NCBI RefSeq assembly: GCF_964204865.1
Contig: NC_135251.1
Coordinates: 18,848,001-18,912,000 of the forward strand
DNA: 64,000 nucleotides
Reading direction: 5' to 3'
Source: Styela clava
Taxonomy: Eukaryota
How positions within the stretch are numbered: the first letter of the stretch is position 1; every line of letters starts with the position of its first letter. Positions 58,448 through 64,000 of this stretch are shown piece after piece. The translations under genes and the position numbers were made by a program. A model generated the notes under the pieces. It ran no database searches. It was not told the DNA's origin and was given only the letters and a program-made list of their open reading frames with translations.

Positions 58448-60130
58448 GTACACACATTCCTTGGTAATGATTGTTATTGGTGCTAATTTGGGGCCAAAAA
58501 GATTCTAACTCTATGTCATCTTATATTAAAACCATGTGGTTGTAGCAATAACAAATTCAGGAAAACAAGTTATGTGATAAAATTCTCACAATAAAAATAT
58601 GCAGTTTTGAAAGTAAACTAAAATTGCAAAGTCATTACGAAACATATTTTTGATATGTAGTTGGGACTCTTGTCTAAATATGAAACAGTTTCGAGCAGGC
58701 CAGTTATGCAATAATGCATATTTTTACATACATATTCGTGATAAAAAATAATAAGTGCAAGAAAATAATATTATTACTTTATTATAATAAATAAACGAAA
58801 ACATGAAACGAAACTTACTATAGCAGCCAGGAAATAATCAATGTCAAACACAGCTTGCCAAGAATAGCAATGCACGAAGCAAAATTATCATATGAATTTG
58901 GATACATGACATTCGAATGCTTTTTAATTAAAAATCATATTATTTTTACCATGTGACACCAGATATGTGAAAAATGAATGGATTTAATTATGGAATTATG
59001 GCCCATTCAAAACTATGGCAGAATTCAAACTCTGCAAAGTGTAAAAAATAAAATTCTATTTTAGACAACCAGTTTCGAAAGGGAATAAGCCCCATTTTTT
59101 CCATTAAGAATTCAACCATAATAACCCAACTGAGATGTGTTTACTGCACAAAAATTTGGTATCAAAGAAAGTTCAAATTTCATATCAGAATGTCAGAAAT
59201 GATAATTATATTATGGTGATAAATCACATTTTCACCAAAACGTCTGAATCGTGATTTAGTTGCTTATTTAAACAGACAGATATTGATCAGAAGATTCCAA
59301 TTAAACAATCAATGATCATATTCAACCATGTTTGGGGACATGATGGCAATACTGATGATATGTTATTTAATATGGTTCATATTTGACCAATAATATGAAA
59401 TTAAAATATAAATAGCCAATTTACTGACTGTATATAACTATTTATGGATGTTCTGAATCCCAATCCCAGCTGTCTCCATGAAAGGATATAAATATTAGAA
59501 TTCTAGAATTGAAGATTATTTAAAATTACAATGAATATGGTTCACAATTAGATGATTTCTACCAAATCAATCTATAATGAGAACAACTTGACGTATTAAC
59601 TTGACTCAATTTGTTATAACTTATAAACAAAGGTGGCGGGAGGTTCATTTTCCCTGAAACATTTTTTACTGTTTACCACAACACAAAAAATTGATCTTTG
59701 CCAGTTATTGAAAAATTGTAGATATCTTCCACACTCAAAAGTAACAGATTAAATTGTTTAGTTTTTGTATATCCTGCAGAATTCACAAATGAGTAACGAG
59801 CCAAATGATCATGTTCAAAATTATACTCTTCCAATAAACAAAATCTACATTAAAAACTGAATTTTCAGTTTTTCCACAATTTGTCTGAATCATTTGCGTT
59901 CAACTCAATCTCTAACTAAGTATTTGAATGGCTATCATGTGTACTGTGTAGTCCAGTCACCATAAAAAATTGCACAAACAACAATCAGAACATTCTGTCT
60001 AACCTCGTCAAATCCCCATCCTTAGCCATTGATTGGCCAACTGCTACCAGACTTGTCATTATTAACAATATGATAAGAATTTCAACATCGAATGGTAACA
60101 GTTAAAAATTTTAATGCACCCCTGTATTAT

Positions 60131-61132
60131 TCACTGTGAAGCAAGTATGTGTTGAATCTTATCTTCTTGCGCTTTTCTGGTCGCAGCAATAGTTTTAGAT
60201 TTGACAAATTCTTTTGTAAAGTCATTTACATCCATATCTCCATCTAAAAAATTTTCTACCATCTTTTCTGCTTTTTCTTCTTGTTCAGCAGTTGAGACTT
60301 GAATTCTGAGTGAAATATTATTTAAAGACATCCATTCTGAAGCTTCCATAAATTTTTTGACATTGCCATCATATTCTTCTTTCATTTTTTGACATTTATC
60401 AAAACTTTTAACTAAATTTTCTCTACATTTCTCAAGGTCTGCAGACCTAGATAAATTGTCCTTTGCAATTTTTTCAATTCGTTTTGAGATTTCTTCTCTT
60501 TCATCATGAATCGCTTTCGACATTTCAGTGCTGTGAAACACACCTAGGAGTTGGATTTCATCTTCATCGAGGTCTTTTAGTTCCTCAAGTGACAGATTAT
60601 CCAGTTCAGGTATGACATCGGGCAACTTTGGACCATTGTAAACTGATGTTGATTTTGTGCTATCATTCGAATTACTATTCATCTGAGTAACTTCGGATAA
60701 TTGTGCAATGTAATCTTCTGACATTTCATTATCTATTTGATATCCTTGGACTAGCAACGGAATTGGACGATTTTTTTCAAATTCATTTATCAGTCGTTTC
60801 ACAACGGAAGACAAATCTGGTTTGCTCTTGAAGTTGTCTAATGGTGGAAAACTAACTACAACTTGCGCTGCATCTAGATATTTGTGTGAGCATGGAGGAT
60901 GAACGAACAACATGGGTGCCTCTGATGGAAATGCAGGTGGCAAATCAATAATAATAGTATAAGCATATTGCTCATTCTCATGCTTTAATATAAAATCAAC
61001 CTGATATTGAACATCCCTCTGTATCATGGTTACATTTAGTTTTAATTGTTTCAGTTTTTCAATTTGTTTTCTCCTGATTTTTTGTGTTTGAGCAATCTGA
61101 CTGGCAACATTTGAAGAAGTTGTCTTCGGCAT
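60131..61132 (-). CDS. VPS37A: ESCRT-I subunit vacuolar protein sorting 37A (N-terminal UEV-like domain, C-terminal Mod(r) domain), single coding exon
   Basis: 333-aa ORF with IDLPPAFPSEAPMLFVHPPCSH (UEV-like), PELDNLSLEELKDL, a coiled coil, and EEKAEKMVENFLDGDMDVNDFTKEFVKSKTIAATRKAQEDK (Mod_r). Acceptor TTTCAG| near 61185 lies in the 5' UTR. Confidence 0.88.
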   Translation of the reverse strand: MPKTTSSNVASQIAQTQKIRRKQIEKLKQLKLNVTMIQRDVQYQVDFILKHENEQYAYTIIIDLPPAFPSEAPMLFVHPPCSHKYLDAAQVVVSFPPLDNFKSKPDLSSVVKRLINEFEKNRPIPLLVQGYQIDNEMSEDYIAQLSEVTQMNSNSNDSTKSTSVYNGPKLPDVIPELDNLSLEELKDLDEDEIQLLGVFHSTEMSKAIHDEREEISKRIEKIAKDNLSRSADLEKCRENLVKSFDKCQKMKEEYDGNVKKFMEASEWMSLNNISLRIQVSTAEQEEKAEKMVENFLDGDMDVNDFTKEFVKSKTIAATRKAQEDKIQHILASQ

Positions 61133-62170
61133 CTCGAGATTTTATAATTGAATAACAATTATAAAGCAATATTATTTATATCCACTGAAATATAACATTC
61201 TATTAAAAGTTAGGCTCTCATACAGTCATATCCATATACAAATAAATGAAATAATGAACCTGCAGTGACCAAATTTCTACTTTTCCCAGACAAAAGCAAT
61301 ACAAAATGCAACCAAAACAAACCGCACACTTTATATATAAGTAAGCAGTACAAGCTATTTATAAAAAGCTAAATGAAATGGTTATTCGATTATTATAGCT
61401 TTCGTAACAACTTTTCAATAATTCTGTGATCTTTTTTTTGAATTAGAAGAAAAGGCAATAGTGTGTATACGAAAATCTACCCTAAAAATTACTTCACCGT
61501 GAACCAGTTGTGAACCATATTTTAATGATAAAAAAATTTAGAAACAAATAGGCAGGATAAAAGTTATTGAATTGATTGTTAGAACTAAAATATTTCTGTA
61601 TTTCCTATCAACTGGAGGTATGCCATATAATTATCAGAATAATATTATAACAATAGACTATTATGAAATATTATTCTGTGATAAAAAAACACGAGCTAAC
61701 AAAACAATGTCAATATATATCAGCTGTGATTGATCTCATATGCAGAATTTGTATCCAAAACTCAGAGCTGGAATTTGAGGAAGTTCTTAAAGTAGAAAAC
61801 CTAAATACCGGTACTATTTCACATCACAAACATATTTTTTCATGTTAATTGTAGTTTGGTTCATGGCGATCAGCTCGTCGTCATGCTATGCTGAGATCAG
61901 ACCCTATGCAGACGTTTTTACTGCAAATGCTGTAGTAACTTTTGTAGGACGTGCTAGGTGTTGAAAAAGTTATGTTGGCTGCTAGGTTTTACAATTTAGT
62001 TGGCAGGACTGAGAATACCTAACTGGTTTATCGTCATTATGTGAATAAAGGATTACATATTATTTTTACCGTTGACTGTTATCCATAGCAATGCTTTTTT
62101 CCAATAGAAGTTCTAACAGAATTATTTTGCGCTTGAATTTATCACTTCAATCTTGAATTCATAACATAAC

Positions 62171-62943
62171 TAGGGCTTGAATTTTAGAGAAAACACTGTT
62201 AACCGGTCAAAATTACCTGCAGCATGACGTTTAATAAGCTATTATTTACATCCTGGCGCTTCTTCTCTTTCAGTCTTTTAGTAAAACCAATCCCAATATA
62301 AATGCCATTTATGTGACTAAACTTTCAGTGTCAAGTGTCAAACTTCTACTTTGAGATATTATAAAGAAAGACAGCATCAACTGCGATTACAGGATTAGGA
62401 GCTACCGTACCGTAGGTACCGTACTGCCTCTGTCAAATATGCACGACTTGATACGAGTGTACCGGTATATTCTGACATTCAACACGACATGGGATCTTGC
62501 TTATTCAAGCGTTCGTCACTATTTTCCAAAAATGTCCATATGCTAATATCTGAATATATTGCTGTGACGGAATGCATATTTTTAAAGGGCATTGGATAAA
62601 CGATATTGCAATATAATCGTGAGCAATATATTCCGACCGTAAACTAATTCTAATTCTGAACTTATCATTATCATCATGAATTTCCATAATCAGCAATATA
62701 TACTAGTAAGCTTACTTCAATAATTTTCACATTTTCTGGTGCTCACCAATACAGTTAATGATATTCTTCAAAATTAAACGCTGCGGGAGATAAATTTGCG
62801 ATTAACTAACCATTTTTGAAGAAATTGCACTGCATAAAGCAAAAGGTGAATTTTATCTGAGATGTAAGTTAACGGTAAAAAAAACGTACCGGTATCTGTT
62901 AACCATCTAAAATCGGTTAACCGAGTAACCATTCCCAGCTCTA
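62171..62943. mobile_element. Degenerate hAT-Ac-like element whose right end lies in the tandem duplication
   Basis: TAGGGCTTGAAT left end versus ATTCCCAGCTCTA right end; GGTTAACCG subterminal motifs; TSD only partly matching. Confidence 0.5.
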
Positions 62944-64000
62944 AACACGGTACCACTGATTGGCTTACAACAAGAAAATGCAACTAAATACCACATACCA
63001 TGGTCGCTACAGCCAAACCTATGGCGACCATTACATTACCTCAATGATGGCGACTGAGTTTTTAGCTGCCACAATCCAATGACAGGCTGTTGTTACCGAG
63101 GCAGCAAATTGAAAACCAATGGCAGGTAAATTTTGCTTTTTTTATTGCCTCTTATAAAATAATACTATATTGCAATATAATTGCAATAAACAGTATCAAT
63201 CTATAAATAAAACATCACAGTATTACATAACAATATCATGGCAAATCATTTAGATTTTGATAAATTATTGCAGTAAACAATATTAATAAATAAATTTTCA
63301 TCTTATCTATAATTAAACAGGAGGGCTATGCTCAAATATATGGACACGTGGGGCCACGTAATTTTGATGACGTCATAGCGAAAAAAAAGTAATAGCCTTC
63401 TGGAGAGAAATTTTATCTTTTTGAAAACGAAGAACAAAACAAGATGTAAGTTAACGGTAAAAAAAACGTACCGGTATCTGTTAACCATCTAAAATCGGTT
63501 AACCGAGTAACCATTCCCAGCTCTAAACACGGTACCACTGATTGGCTTACAACAAGAAAATGCAACTAAATACCACATACCATGGTCGCTACAGCCAAAC
63601 CTATGGCGACCATTACATTACCTCAATGATGGCGACTGAGTTTTTAGCTGCCACAATCCAATGACAGGCTGTTGTTACCGAGGCAGCAAATTGAAAACCA
63701 ATGGCAGGTAAATTTTGCTTTTTTTATTGCCTCTTATAAAATAATACTATATTGCAATATAATTGCAATAAACAGTATCAATCTATAAATAAAACATCAC
63801 AGTATTACATAACAATATCATGGCAAATCATTTAGATTTTGATAAATTATTGCAGTAAACAATATTAATAAATAAATTTTCATCTTATCTATAATTAAAC
63901 AGGAGGGCTATGCTCAAATATATGGACACGTGGGGCCACGTAATTTTGATGACGTCATAGCGAAAAAAAAGTAATAGCCTTCTGGAGAGAAATTTTATCT
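62860..64000. repeat. Apparently exact 582-bp tandem duplication running off the window end
   Basis: 62860-63441 is repeated from 63442 to the window end; I saw no mismatch by eye. Confidence 0.92.

Noticed and set aside
62860-64000. CRISPR-like or prokaryotic system in the repeats
   Set aside because: There is no repeat-spacer structure, and the window is eukaryotic with spliceosomal introns throughout.

Overview
AT-rich, intron-dense animal genomic DNA. It looks like an invertebrate chordate, most plausibly an ascidian, but that is inference. I reconstructed four protein-coding genes by hand from GT-AG splice sites with consistent intron phases. (1) MED1 on the minus strand, 34 coding exons, 26868..1183, about 1760 aa. 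(2) A divergently transcribed POGZ/ZNF280-family zinc-finger gene on the plus strand, 23 phase-consistent coding exons, 32222..55909, about 1720 aa. It lacks the pogo transposase tail. In its place are a FOG/SALL-type RRKQxxP NuRD-binding motif on its own small exon, a two-exon extracellular-style fibronectin type III domain and an acidic tail with four hydrophobic repeats. (3) A C8orf82/UPF0598 homologue on the minus strand. (4) VPS37A with an intronless CDS on the minus strand. Introns hold hAT MITEs with 8-bp TSDs, a Merlin-like palindromic MITE family, Tc1/mariner-pogo-like MITEs, two tRNA-like SINE families and a foldback-like element. Most notable: the chimeric POGZ-like repressor candidate, a possible nested antisense 75-aa gene in its 7.7-kb intron, a duplicated poison splice acceptor, TACCGGTA motif clusters at gene 5' ends, a possible VPS37A-C8orf82 operon and an apparently exact 582-bp tandem duplication at the right edge.
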